DNA of 63,321 bases, filler included, from Reticulomyxa filosa (taxonomy: Eukaryota > Protista > Foraminifera): assembly GCA_000512085.1 (NCBI GenBank). It is 15 parts of 15 records of this genome, joined end to end, with 100 filler letters (N's around TTAATTAATTAA, not from the genome) between each part and the next. Parts side by side here need not be neighbours in the genome. Positions count along the whole stretch, not along the records: positions 9,990 to 13,708 come from ASPP01025436.1; positions 13,809 to 19,548 come from ASPP01021666.1; positions 19,649 to 21,556 come from ASPP01028285.1; positions 21,657 to 28,717 come from ASPP01016691.1; 11 more parts are not named here. The stretch is one strand, 5' to 3'. The position numbers were made by a program, and so were the translations under genes. Under the pieces are notes generated by a model, which saw only the letters and a program-made list of their open reading frames with translations, was not told the origin of the DNA and searched no databases. Below, in pieces: positions 12,787 to 24,963 of this stretch. The first letter of the stretch is position 1. Each line of letters opens with the position of its first letter.

Positions 12787-13808
12787 TTTTTTTTTTTTTT
12801 TTTTGTATGAATTTGTATGCTCCATTTTGAGCACTTATAAATATTGTATATTTTCGTCAATTTACTTTCAGAAATAATTCCGTGCGAAAAATAACTTTTA
12901 ATGTTTTAAATTTTGTAGATTGGAGTCACATGACAGATCTCGTTTAATCTATCTTTTTTTTGAAAGTCTGAAGCACCAAAGCCAAAAAGAAACAAATTTT
13001 ATAAAAATGTAAAAAGTGGTCAGTTCAAAAAAAAATCGTACTGTTAAAAAATTATCAAATAGTTAAGAAAGATTTTCCTTTAATTGCAAGAATGATCACT
13101 TCACAATGGAATAGAAAGATAATAAGGAATAGTTTTCTTGAAGACAGGTGTGAAGAAAGATTGACTGGACTAGCATTTTATTTTATTTTTTTTCCTCCCT
13201 CTTTCCAAAGATATCGAAATCGAGCAAAGAGTGGTGAGACACTTGCGAAACGCCATGAAAACTGTAATGATCGAATATCTAAGAGAAGATACGCGACAAG
13301 AAAAATGTAGCTATCGATGCTGGTGAAAGGATAGCAAAATAATTTGGCAGAACATATGGACATCCAAATGACGATTGTAATACTGACACCGATAAATGAT
13401 GTTATAATGAAAGATGGACACCAAGCCAATAGAAGAAAAATAAGAAGTACATTCATATGTGGTCCAGCAAAATGCAAGATACAAACGTAAATATGTGTGT
13501 GTGTGACAAAGACAAGACTGTCATTGCACATGATGACAACAACGATGTGTCAAATGTGACTGAAAACAACAATAATAGCAATAACGAAACTTTATTGCAA
13601 ACTTGTAACACTAATGCCTCATCATTTGCACATAAACATTGTCCACCACTTCCTATGGCAAGTTGCGCTCGCAATAGTAATGGCAATAATAACATTGCCA
13701 ATATCAACNNNNNNNNNNNNNNNNNNNNNNNNNNNNNNNNNNNNNNNNNNNNTTAATTAATTAANNNNNNNNNNNNNNNNNNNNNNNNNNNNNNNNNNNN
13801 NNNNNNNN

Positions 13809-14016
13809 GAAATTTTTAAAAATCATTTGAAAAAATCATATTTTTGATCAACCTAGAAAAACTTATTATAAAACCAATTTCATATTTAAAAACTACAAGA
13901 TTAGTATATATTTTTTTAAAAAAAATTATGTTTAAATCTTTATTTTTCATTGAGAAAATCAATTCTCTTCATATAGTGCCATTTAGGTATGTCGGTTTTT
14001 TTTGCAATTTGCTGTA
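13809..14016. mobile_element. Right terminal inverted repeat of a Tc1/mariner-family element (same family as 53720-54918), cut by the contig start
   Basis: Aligns by eye to 54760-54920 (aaaacca..catatttaaaaa.tac....gaaaatcaatt...agtgcc.tttagg...ttgca.ttt.ctgTA); ends CTG followed by TA. Confidence 0.7.
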
Positions 14017-14832
14017 TGTTTAAACATTTATTTTATTCAAACTCAATTTATATTCATTCAATTTAATTTATTCATCTTTTATTCAATTGTGATGTGTTTT
14101 CAAATATTGATAGTCTTGCAAACTGTCACGTGCAATCACAAATGTTTTGCAAATTAAATTTTTTTATATTTGGAATAATCAACTTCTGGTTGTTGCATCT
14201 ATGTCATTTATTCAACCGATGTACTATATTTTTTATTTGTCAACATAGACATTCTTTTTTGTGTCACGTTCTCGTGCGTTTTAAGTCTAACTCATACTCA
14301 CAATCAAACTGTTTGTCTACGTTAATACCAATATCGAGTCTTTCGTGTTTTTTTCTGCTATCCAACATCTTTGCACTTTATTAAGTTTTTTCGACAATTG
14401 ATTTTCAAGTTTTATTTTTTAAAAAAAGGACGGACAGTACAGTGTAGCTTCCCCGTCACTAACCGGTTTTTTTGTCAGGTAACAAATGGTTTATATCTGC
14501 TTGCGGTGTTAATGTAGGGAGGAATTCCGTGGATTTTTTGAAGTATGAACACACAAAAAAAGCAGTAACCCGAGCACACGTCCCCCGATCGCCATTGTAA
14601 ACAAGCTGTTTTTTGCAAAAGAACTTAAGACACAACAACAAAAAAAACAATCACAAGAGCAAGAGCGACAACAATACCACACAAAAAAGAAATCACCAAT
14701 TGACAAAGCTACAACCCTCTTAAATCTACAAGTAATGTCCCTAGGGGCAAGAAAAAGATGGGAGAAAAAGAGATTAAAGTGAATCAAATCAATAACAAAA
14801 TTAGTTAATTACCAAAAAATAAAAATAAAAAG

Positions 14833-15789
14833 TTAAATTTTGGATGAGACAAAAGAATGGCGTTGCAAGCGGACCTGAAACTTTTGCAAGACGCGAGAGT
14901 GGAGGCACATGAATATTGAGCGATACGTAGCATCAGCAAAGGAAAAAGAGAGGAAGAGACAAAACATATTGACAATGGAGTCAATCGCAAAAAATACAAA
15001 GAGTACGTATTCGATGCGGAACGACCGGGGTTTAATTTGCAAACATAAAGCAACGCCAATGACAGTGATGCAAGTGCTGAGTAATCCAATGCATGCCAAA
15101 ATAGTATACTTGGCCATGACTTGCACCAACACGATTTGCTGCTCACTTAACTCCATCGCTGAATTTTGTGGGTCCACCGAAGGCACACTGCATTGCCTCC
15201 AGATCAAATAGGAGAGCTTTCGGACAAACAGCGACAACAGGTACATGCAACTCGATACATACATCGACGTCATTATCACAATCAAAATAATCGACGTTGG
15301 ATTAGCCCTAGTCGGATCCAATTTATCTTCCAATATGACATATAACACTGCATAAATTGGAACCGGAAGTAATAACCAAAATAAATGCTTCCTCGTCAAT
15401 TTCAAGTGAGGAGAGTCCTCAAACGTATACCACAGTCTTGCGATTAGCAACAAGTACATACCCTCCAAACTTAGGTAATACAATGGTGTTCCTGCCAACG
15501 CTACTATCACTGTCGATTTTCCATTCTTTTGCGTGCAAAACCCAAAGCCGATGGGACACAATAACAAATATAACATCCACCCGCTTACACATATTATCGC
15601 CCCATTGCGGAACGTCCTTGTTACCCCTTGCGACGTGCGCAACAGCTGGGTCACAAAGTTTGCGTAGATTACTAGCCCCAATCCCGCACACACACAACTC
15701 ATTATTTCACTGAATATCACGCCAGTCCTTGAATTCGGATCACTACAGACACAATTTACCCAGCCCGTAAGTGTAGTCAAGGCCACCAT
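14833..15789 (-). CDS. Intronless 7-transmembrane (GPCR-like) membrane protein
   Basis: 318-aa ORF with about 7 hydrophobic segments, RLWYTF after TM3, basic C-tail. Confidence 0.65.
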   Translation of the reverse strand: MVALTTLTGWVNCVCSDPNSRTGVIFSEIMSCVCAGLGLVIYANFVTQLLRTSQGVTRTFRNGAIICVSGWMLYLLLCPIGFGFCTQKNGKSTVIVALAGTPLYYLSLEGMYLLLIARLWYTFEDSPHLKLTRKHLFWLLLPVPIYAVLYVILEDKLDPTRANPTSIILIVIMTSMYVSSCMYLLSLFVRKLSYLIWRQCSVPSVDPQNSAMELSEQQIVLVQVMAKYTILACIGLLSTCITVIGVALCLQIKPRSFRIEYVLFVFFAIDSIVNMFCLFLSFSFADATYRSIFMCLHSRVLQKFQVRLQRHSFVSSKI

Positions 15790-16240
15790 GGAGTCCCGTT
15801 CGGTATAATTTTGATACCTATTAGAAGTTCACTTTTTTTTTTGTACGTGTTAGACTGTTTGTTAACAAAAAAGAATCTGGCGGCTTTCAATAGGGAATAT
15901 TGACTTAAGTTGTTTCTTTTTTGACGTGATGAAATTATATTTAATACCTTAATTTTTCGCATTTTCGAACACTTTAATAAATAAATTTGAGGTGCAACAA
16001 TTTTGATGTACATACTATCTAAAAAGCTCTTTATTTAAATTTGGACACTTTGTGGATTGAAAGAAACTTTTTAAAATTTTTGTGAACACAGTATTTTTTT
16101 CAACAAAAACTCTCCTTTTTTTATAATATACAAATTATCGGTTATATGTACAGAAGTCCGTTTGGAAACATATGGCAAGTGATTCAAAAAAAAAAGTGTT
16201 GTTTTCCCTTTTTCAAAAGCTCAATTCTTTGCAAAAAAAG

Positions 16241-18492
16241 ATGACAGAATCAAGTACTCGTGAAAGGAAAAAGTCGGGAACGTCAAACACGTCTTCGTCG
16301 AAACATGAAGAGAAATATGGAGAACAACCTTTGAAGAAGAAATTGACAATGACAGATTACGCCGAAAGAATAAAAAAGTTTACGGAAGCATCAAACATAG
16401 AATTGCCAGTGAAAGACAACGACATCCGTAACTTTTCAGATGAAAGGAAGAAAGAAGTACTGGAGCACATGACGACAGCGTCTCCATTGATCCACGGTTC
16501 ACTGTTGATTGTGTTTTATCGCTTTTTGCAAATCAAGGTTACGAGAAAAAAAAGGGGGGGAAGAAAACGAAATTTAAAAAAAAAATTAGAGTCGCTCATC
16601 AAAAAAAAAATAACAATAAAAAGAAAAAACACGGTTCAAAAGTGGAGAAAGCATTGTACTCAAACATGAAACTGGATGCATTTGTGGATCGATTTTTTAG
16701 TAAGCGACCACTAGTATTTTTCAACTCGTACGACCACGACATGTTACGCAACGGGGCGTCGGGGGCGAAGTTGTGGGACAAGATCGGGACGGACGAGGAA
16801 GGAAGAGACAATGAGCGCGTGTTGCAAGATTACATGTCATACGACGAAGTGATGCTGAGTGCGTTGTGTGGCGCCTCGTCGCATGTGCACTTCATCAACA
16901 AGGGGGATCGCAACAATTTCGGAATCAAGGCAAAGGACGGCAAGTGGCCGATGGAAGGGGTTTATGTGGGCTTGGTTGGAGCCCGCTTCGAACGGGAATG
17001 CAAAATGGAACATGTGCATATGTGTGTGAGCAGAGGCCAAACGGAAGAGGAAGGCTTTGGTGATTATATCAAAAGCCCCGACATTCGGAAAGCTCGAAAT
17101 GCGTCGTGGAAATGCTTGGAAGAGTTTTATGCGATGAAACACGTCCCCAGCTATTTTGAAATTGACTCACTTTTCCAATCCGATCCCAAAAAAAATTCCT
17201 CGCCGAAAAAGGATAAAACGAAAACTGAAAATTCACATAATAAAAATACTGTTAGTCAAACCAAGGATGACCCTACTACTAGTAAAAATAGCAATAGCAA
17301 ATCGAATCATGATGAATCCACTGAAACAGGGCCTTCCCATTCCCGCCATGTCGCGAATGAGGAGTGGAAACGCATGGAGTTTCATAAGTGTCCTCGTAGT
17401 CGTGGAGGGTCGGTCTATCTGAATATGCAAGCTTATCGCATGAGAATGCGCATCAGCATTGAACTGTTCCTTTTTGATGCCAACCAAAGAGCCAAAGATC
17501 TTGTATTCCATTTTCTTATCCTTGTCTTTTTTGTGCATTCCTATCTGACACAATTATGCACGTATGTATGTGTGTATGTATCCCTATAGAGCAAAGACAA
17601 ACACAAGCAAGCATATTGTCACGTCGTTGGCTTGGGAACGGGGGTGTGGGCGATCGACCAAAAAGTTCAGAACAGAACTATTATTGAAGTGTTTTACGAT
17701 ATTGTCAAAGTTTGGTTCCTTTTTATATGTGTACATATGTGACTATATACATATATATATGTATACATTGGGATACTATACAGCTCTTTTCTTTGCTACA
17801 CTCTGATAAAAAAAAATTGCTAGACCTACGAATTACCTTTTGTCAAGGCAATTGATTTCTCTTGGTTTGAAGAAGCGTGTAACTATCGCACCAATAAAAC
17901 TCCGATCTTCGAGACTCAAGATAACAAATGGAAAACCACAGATGCCAGCGGAAAACATACCATCGACGTGTTCTTTTCCAAGCGTGATCCTGCCGCTCCT
18001 TTGGAAGGAGACTACAGTCATTGTCTCAATGTAGCGATGTACGCGTGGGATGGAAATTCTTTTCCGGGGTAACCTTTTTTTTAAACATATGTATTTATGT
18101 ATATAAATATGTTTTTAATTGACGTTTAACACATACATGATATGCATAAACGTATATACATAAATAAAAGTAACGAATACTGGCTGAAAATGCTGTCGGC
18201 TTCAGGCGACCCAGCAGCGGCTTGCTGTTCGACGATAACGTTTATTCACAATCCTTATGTGAATGAAGAGTATATGAATGGAAGCAATTCGCGCGTGTAC
18301 TTTGGAGATGCAGCTAAAAAAACATACTCCTGCTGGAGATTGGGTGACTTGCTGAACAATTGCAGCGAATCAAAAATTATTGAAATGTCTTTACTCAGTA
18401 TCCCACCTTATCGCTTCGACAACAAGTCCGGCATGGCTCAATCTCCATTTCAAACGAACAAAAACTCACTGCTAGCAATTATATTCACATAG
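16241..18492 (+). CDS. DUF4804-family protein (MavL/Larg1-like macrodomain, putative ADP-ribosylhydrolase), 5 exons
   Basis: Spliced: FLQIK|KKHGSKVEKALYSNM..KRPLVFF..YMSYDEVMLSAL..FINKGDRNNFG..GLVGARFE..|AYCHVVGLGTGVW..|AMYAWDGNSFPG|NEYW..SASGDPAAACCSTI; introns ~16538-16623, 17504-17589, 17710-17823, 18069-18170. Confidence 0.8.
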
Positions 18493-18965
18493 AAGATGAA
18501 ACGGATAATCCTTGGTTGAAAAGGTTATTTTTTTTGCTGTTTGTTACTTTATATTTGTGTGTAGTATAATATTTAGTCGTTTGTTTTGGAATGCTACAGT
18601 TCATCTCAGAAACCCGACACATGTGATGATCAGAAACAAGACTAAGCTATAACAAATAAGTAATAAGAAGAACAAAGAAAAAAAGAAATTATTAATTTTG
18701 TTTTGTTTTATGTTTTGCTTGCAAAGAATCTTTTTCAGTCAGCAATCCACAGAGGTGCTTTTGTTCTCTCGTTTCCGGTTTTTTTTTATTTGAGTGGTAC
18801 TGTATACATTGCTATTCTTTTCAAATGAAATCAATCAGTTCTTTTTGTTTTTTTATATTTTTCTTGCATATCTTGAGACGTTTCAAACAAAACACGTTTT
18901 TAAAAATCTATTAAATATTATGCTTTTTCTTTTGAAAATTTTATTTGCAATTTTTCATTGCTTTC

Positions 18966-19207
18966 TACACTTTTATTAAAAACCAAATACATTTTTGGAT
19001 TCTCAAGGTGGAACCGATTATTTTTAAAAAAAGAATTTTGAATAAATACATAAATATTTACAATCGACAGCTAAAAAAAAGATTCTATATGAACATTTAT
19101 GCGTTTCATCATGAAAAATCAACATTTATTCAAAATTCTTTTTTTTTAAATAACATATACTCAATCGTGGAGAATCCAAAAATGTATTGATTTTTAATAA
19201 AAGTGTA
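18966..19207. mobile_element. MITE-like element: ~80-bp inverted arms flanked by TA
   Basis: TA-cacttttattaaaaaccaaatacatttttggattctc...aaagaattttgaataaa (18966-19047) is the reverse complement of tttattcaaaattcttt...gagaatccaaaaatgtattgatttttaataaaagtg-TA (19125-19207). Confidence 0.75.
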
Positions 19208-19300
19208 TAAAACCTAATTTTTTAAAAAATATCTATAAACTGTAGTTTTTAAATATGATTTTGGTTTTTTATTAAATTTTTCATAATTGTTGAAAAATTT
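19208..19300. repeat. Internal fragment of the Tc1-family TIR
   Basis: acctaattttttaaaaaatatcta.aaa..tgta.tttttaaatat.attttggtttttt.attaaat matches the 53720/54918 TIRs and the reverse complement of 13870-13930. Confidence 0.65.
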
Positions 19301-19650
19301 ATTTAATCAGTATGCAAACATATATGCGATAATAAGCATCCAATCGATGCAAAACAATATTTTCGAATGATTGAGCATAAATAAGAATGTGTAAATATCG
19401 TTTATGACAATTGTAGTTAAATTTCATTTTATTTGTCTAAGATCGATTCTATTCCGTAAAAAATGGATTCAATTAATGGAAATTCAGGAATGGTGCAGAC
19501 TAAAGTATGAACTTTTTGTGTTTCTAACGAAAATTTTAGTAGCAAATTNNNNNNNNNNNNNNNNNNNNNNNNNNNNNNNNNNNNNNNNNNNNTTAATTAA
19601 TTAANNNNNNNNNNNNNNNNNNNNNNNNNNNNNNNNNNNNNNNNNNNNTC

Positions 19651-20601
19651 AATTGTCCTGTTTTCAATTGTAATTGGCCTATTGACACAAACGAATTAAT
19701 GCAATCAGGAATCAATTTATTCGATATTTCAAAAATTAATGAAGCAATTGAGTTATTTCGTTTTGCACTTTGTATTAGATTGCAAACATTACCTGATTCT
19801 TATGTTGATCATGCTAATTCTTATGACTGGTTAGGCATAGCATATGATGAAAAAGGAGAATATGACAAAGCAATTAAATATTATGAAAAATCATTGAAAA
19901 TCAGATTGAGTAAATTGGGATCTGATCATCTTGATGTTGCTACTTCATATAACAATTTGGGACTTATTTATGGCAGAAAAGGAGAATATGATAAAGCAAT
20001 TGAATATCTTGAAAAATCATTGAAAATTTGGTCAAATAAATTGGGATCTGATCACTCTGATGTCGCTATTTCATACAACAATTTGGGACTTGTTTATGAA
20101 AAGAAAGGAGAACATGATAAAGCAATTGAATATCATGAAAAATCATTGAAAATCAGATTCAATAAATTGGGATCTGATCATCCTCATGTTGCTTGCTCAT
20201 ACAATCATTTGGGACTTGTTTATGGAAAGAAAAGAGAATATGATAAAGCAATTGAATATTGCAATAAATCATTGGAAATCCAATTGAATAAATTGGGACC
20301 TGATCATCCTGATGTTGCTTTTTCGTACAAAAATTTGGCATTAGTTTATTGTGGTAAACAAGAATATGATAAAGCAATGGAATTTGGAAACAAATCATTG
20401 GAATTGAGATTAAAGAAATTAGATTCTAATCATCCAGATATTGGTTTTTCATATAATATTTTAGGAGACATCTATTGTAAAAAAGGAGACAAAATGGAAG
20501 CAAAAAAGTGTTATGAAAATTCATTGTCGATTTTTACTCAAAAATTGGGTAAAAATCATCAAGATACAAAAGAGGTTATATCAAAATTGAAAAATTTATA
20601 A
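19651..20601 (+). CDS. 42-aa TPR (kinesin-light-chain/TPR_12-type) repeat protein, 5' truncated
   Basis: Six 126-nt units of the form VAxSYNNLGLVYxxKGEYDKAIEYxEKSLKIxxNKLGSDHxD; frame open to the contig edge. Confidence 0.9.
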   Translation, partial: NCPVFNCNWPIDTNELMQSGINLFDISKINEAIELFRFALCIRLQTLPDSYVDHANSYDWLGIAYDEKGEYDKAIKYYEKSLKIRLSKLGSDHLDVATSYNNLGLIYGRKGEYDKAIEYLEKSLKIWSNKLGSDHSDVAISYNNLGLVYEKKGEHDKAIEYHEKSLKIRFNKLGSDHPHVACSYNHLGLVYGKKREYDKAIEYCNKSLEIQLNKLGPDHPDVAFSYKNLALVYCGKQEYDKAMEFGNKSLELRLKKLDSNHPDIGFSYNILGDIYCKKGDKMEAKKCYENSLSIFTQKLGKNHQDTKEVISKLKNL

Positions 20602-21749
20602 GATGTTTGATTGTGAAATATTTTAAATGTAAATTTGAAAAGTTTTGTGCATTTTATTTTGATTGTTTATTTTGCTGTTGTTGGATAATTTGGTACGCAA
20701 AAAAGTTATTCAAATTTTCATTTTTTTTTCACTTCAGAGTGACTTAAACAAAAAAAAAAAGATAATATGAATTTCTTCTTAAGAAATTTGGAAATAAACT
20801 TTAAAGACTGATTGTATCAATTCATTATATTCATATGCAACATTTTTATTGACAAGATAGAAGAGCATTAACCTTCTTAAAATAATTTGTTGTATTGAAG
20901 CTGATGAAAATGTGATTCGAAAGTAAGAACATGGATACTATAAAACAATTCGAATATGAAGTCATTCACATTGTGAAACATTTCTTCACATGGCCAAACT
21001 ATATTTGTTTTTGTTAAAGGTAAGATCAAATTGATTGTGTTTCCCGCTACGAATTAAATTCAATTTGTTGCAAATGACTATTACTATTTGTTGTATGATT
21101 TGGAAAGAGAAGAAATGCTTTCTCTTTCTGATTGTCATTATCAAAAATGTTTTTTGACAAATAAATTCAATCATAAGTCCACTTCTTTAAATAAATTTTA
21201 ACAAAATGTTTACAAAAGATTTATTCTCAAAAGTGTAAGATGAATAATGAATTAATGTATTTTCAATTGATCCATAACCGTATTGTATTTTTTTCCCAAG
21301 AATAAATAAAATCACTTGATTTATATGTAAATGTTTTTTTTCTGATTATTGCTCAGGAAGGAGAAGAAAAAAAGATGGAACACACAGCAGATAACTCTTT
21401 TCTGTTTCTGGTGTTACAAGAAAGATCGGATTTCCTTGACAACAGAACCACAAAAACTTGACACATTTTAGTCTGCTATCTTTGTAATCAGAACTACCAA
21501 TCGAACAGTATAAAAATAAAGCTGTTATCCGTCTTACGTATACTGAAAAGTTTTTCNNNNNNNNNNNNNNNNNNNNNNNNNNNNNNNNNNNNNNNNNNNN
21601 TTAATTAATTAANNNNNNNNNNNNNNNNNNNNNNNNNNNNNNNNNNNNNNNNNNNNCCCCCCCCCCCCCCCTCTTTTTCCTTCAGTGACTAGATTTTGAA
21701 ATTTTTTTTGCACATATGTGATATCTCCTTCCTTGCCCCTTTTTTTTTA

Positions 21750-22443
21750 GTGAACCTGATTGTGCCTCATAAAATTTGCGCATCTTTTCATATGCTTCGC
21801 CTCTTCGCCAGAGTGCTTTATAATACTCCGGGTCATGTCGCAATGCCTCGGTACAGTCTTCCACAGTTTCATTATACTTGTCCTTTTTTTTTTGTCCCCA
21901 AATAAAAAAAGAAAAAGCATACACTTGCGTATCCCTTTCAAATTTTCTTTTTTTACTTATTTGTTCTCTAGTTCGCAATCTCGTTCAAAGATTTTGGAAG
22001 GGATTTATTTTTAAAAAATTTTAAAAAGGGGGAGGACAAAGGCAAAAGAAAAAAAAAGGGGCATCATCCGATCGTTGTAGATCGTGATGAGTTTTTTACG
22101 AGAATGCTTCTGTTATTATGTTTAGCTTCTTTTTGTTTTGTAATCAACTAACAAGTTTGAGATAGCAAGCGCCACGGTTGGCATACAATACAGATAAAAG
22201 TTTGGTCTCGTCAGGTGGTAGATACTCGAGAGCTTTTGTGTACTCTTCAATAGCCTCCTGGAATTTCTGTTCGACAAAATAATTGTTTCCTTTTTCTTTG
22301 TGTTCTAGTGCTTTGTTCGGGTCAGGCTGTGTCTGAGAAGAACAAATATTCGAAGATTCATCGGCTGGAGTTTCGGCAGGTTCTTCGACATCAGCCCATA
22401 CCTCCGTCGACGACTCTTTGCCTGTTTCTTCTGTTTGGCTCAT
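21750..22443 (-). CDS. TTC1-like TPR co-chaperone (5' exons; 3' truncated)
   Basis: KEKGNNYFVEQKFQEAIEEYTKAL..LYANRGACYLKL|DKYNETVEDCTEALRHDPEYYKALWRRGEAYEKM; carboxylate-clamp residues present. Confidence 0.8.
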
Positions 22444-24963
22444 ATGTTGAGTTTACGTCACACCCCGTCAAAAAAATGTTCGAAATCAAAAAATCACAAA
22501 GTAAAAAAATTTAAAACGACACACCAAGTGAGAAATTGTTTTTTTCGAATTTTGTATGAAAATGCCTTTCTTGCAGAGTTCTTTAATACCACCAAAAATA
22601 ATTAATCATTTTACAATTCGCTATTTTGTTTTCAATAAATAAATTAATTCAGCTTCAAACATCCAAAATAGGAATTATTACAAGTGTATATAAACAAATG
22701 ATACACTAAATCAAAGTACAAATAGTTGATTGTTTTTCAGGCCATTTGAAACAGTATTCAATATAAACAAAGCTGTCCATATTTGGGAATTAACGCATGA
22801 ATTACAAAAAATCTAGTTAATGATGATCTCATTTTGTTTTGAATTTTGCGAATAAAGACATTCCAAAATAATTGTGTTGACACAAAAAAGTATTGAATAA
22901 AAGGAAGTCACTTCCAAATGATCTTTCTGACTGGATTGCCTTAAGAGTCAAAACTTTTAGTTTTGTCCTTAACTTACCTGACTAATTGACCAAGCAATTT
23001 GAGAACTTTTGTGCTGTCAAAGTGCAAGCGAGTTTACAATTTTTCCAAGTTGTCATATCTTTTTTAATTTCTCCTCGGTTTCTTTGACACGTTAGTTATA
23101 CGTTCAACAAATTTTTGCAAGATCAAAAACTGTGTCCAGTCAAAAACGCTAAAAAAAATAAAATGGGCAATATTTGATGATATCCCAAGTATGAGATACA
23201 CGATCTTGCTGAGAACAATTTTTTGACAACACACCCAATTTTCATCTGTTTCATATAATCTAACATTAAAGATAGTGAGTAAGTGGAAAAGAAAAAACTC
23301 TCTTTTGTTTTTTTAAAGTGTGTTTTTTTTAGAACTTTCCGTCTTCTTCCCCTTTTTGTTTTCTCCCACTTTTTATCCTCAAAAAAAGGAAAAATTAAAA
23401 CTGACCAGAAAATAAAATACATTTTCTCCAATTGTCTTGCTTACTTTCTGACCCATGATCCTTCAATACAAACAGTATTTTTAGATATTTTCCTAGCATG
23501 GCCAATAAAAGGATGGAAAAACTTTTTTGGAAAATTTTCAGTTAGCTGTTCTTGTTCCAACAAAGACGAAACACATTCTGAATACAAACACATAATATCC
23601 AATCGTTGAGTGTTAGTATTTCAAATATACAATGAAAAATAGAACAAAAACAAACATGTATAACATGTATTATGCGATCGTCATATAGGACAGTACTCTT
23701 TGTCAAGCCGATACGCATATGCTTCATCAATATCGAAGACACTGAAATAACAATACGTTCCTAAAAAAAACCATTAAACGTTTTTGTTATTTTTTATAGT
23801 TAAATAAAAAATTTGACTTTTGTAAACAGTGTCATGTACGTGCTTATTTTTGAGACTTAGATATTTATTTAATAATTATTAAACTTTTAATTTGTTTTCA
23901 AATTATTTGTTCAATGCAATTTATCCGAATGAAATAAATTTGATATAAACAATTAAACTTTTATTTTTATATCTTTAATAATGTATTTTAATTGAAGAAA
24001 AACATTGTTTTAATTATTTTTTTCAATTTTATTGCAGTTTTTATATTTAAAAATATATTTAGCCACACATTCAAACAAAGTACATGCATTACACATTTTT
24101 TAACTATCATTTTTTAAAAAAAGAAATTGCAAGCACTGCGAACTAAAATAATGTTTTCTAAAAAATATTTAAAAATTTGCAATTAAAATAATTATATTTA
24201 CTGTTCTGAAAATTCAACAAACAATCAGTTCCAAAAAAAGGGAGTAGTTCCATTTTTTTTATTTTTTTGTTCTTCATGTTCTTATTTAAGCCAAAGAATT
24301 AAAAGATTATCTTAAATGTTGTGTCAACTCAGGAAGATGTAAGAGATGCTTGCTGTTTTCATGTTGTTGTGACTGTTAAACGATCATTTTTGACATTTTT
24401 TTAAGATTGAATAACGCTTGTTTGCAAGTATTATGTCTAATTGACAAGTAATATGACATGACATTCAAAAAAGCATTGACTTGTAAAAGGGAAAGAGCAT
24501 TACATTATTTTGATATCATTTACAATAGTAGTATGAGAAAAACGATTACAATGATAAACAAATTCACTGCTGAGACATCTGCAAAACATGTTTTTTCCAA
24601 AAAAACTTAATACGCACGAAACCATCATAGCATGAAAAAAGGCAAAACCTTCGAATCAAAGGCATAAACAAACCTCAATTTGCTATTGTTTTGTCAACAG
24701 TTCAATGAAATATAATCTCGCGTTTATATACGTTCGGTCTTCCATAATATTATCAAACATTGAAGATTCAACCATTTTTTTTGAATTAAAAAAAAAATGT
24801 GAGAAATATCAACAATAAAAAATATCAATATGAAAAACAGACACAAATCATCATTGTTCTTAAGAAATCAAAAAACAAGGGATTTGAATAAACTTTTGGA
24901 AAAGTAAGTGTGGTTTTGTAAGAAAACCGAACGAAACATAGAAAGATAGTACTTTGAAAAACT

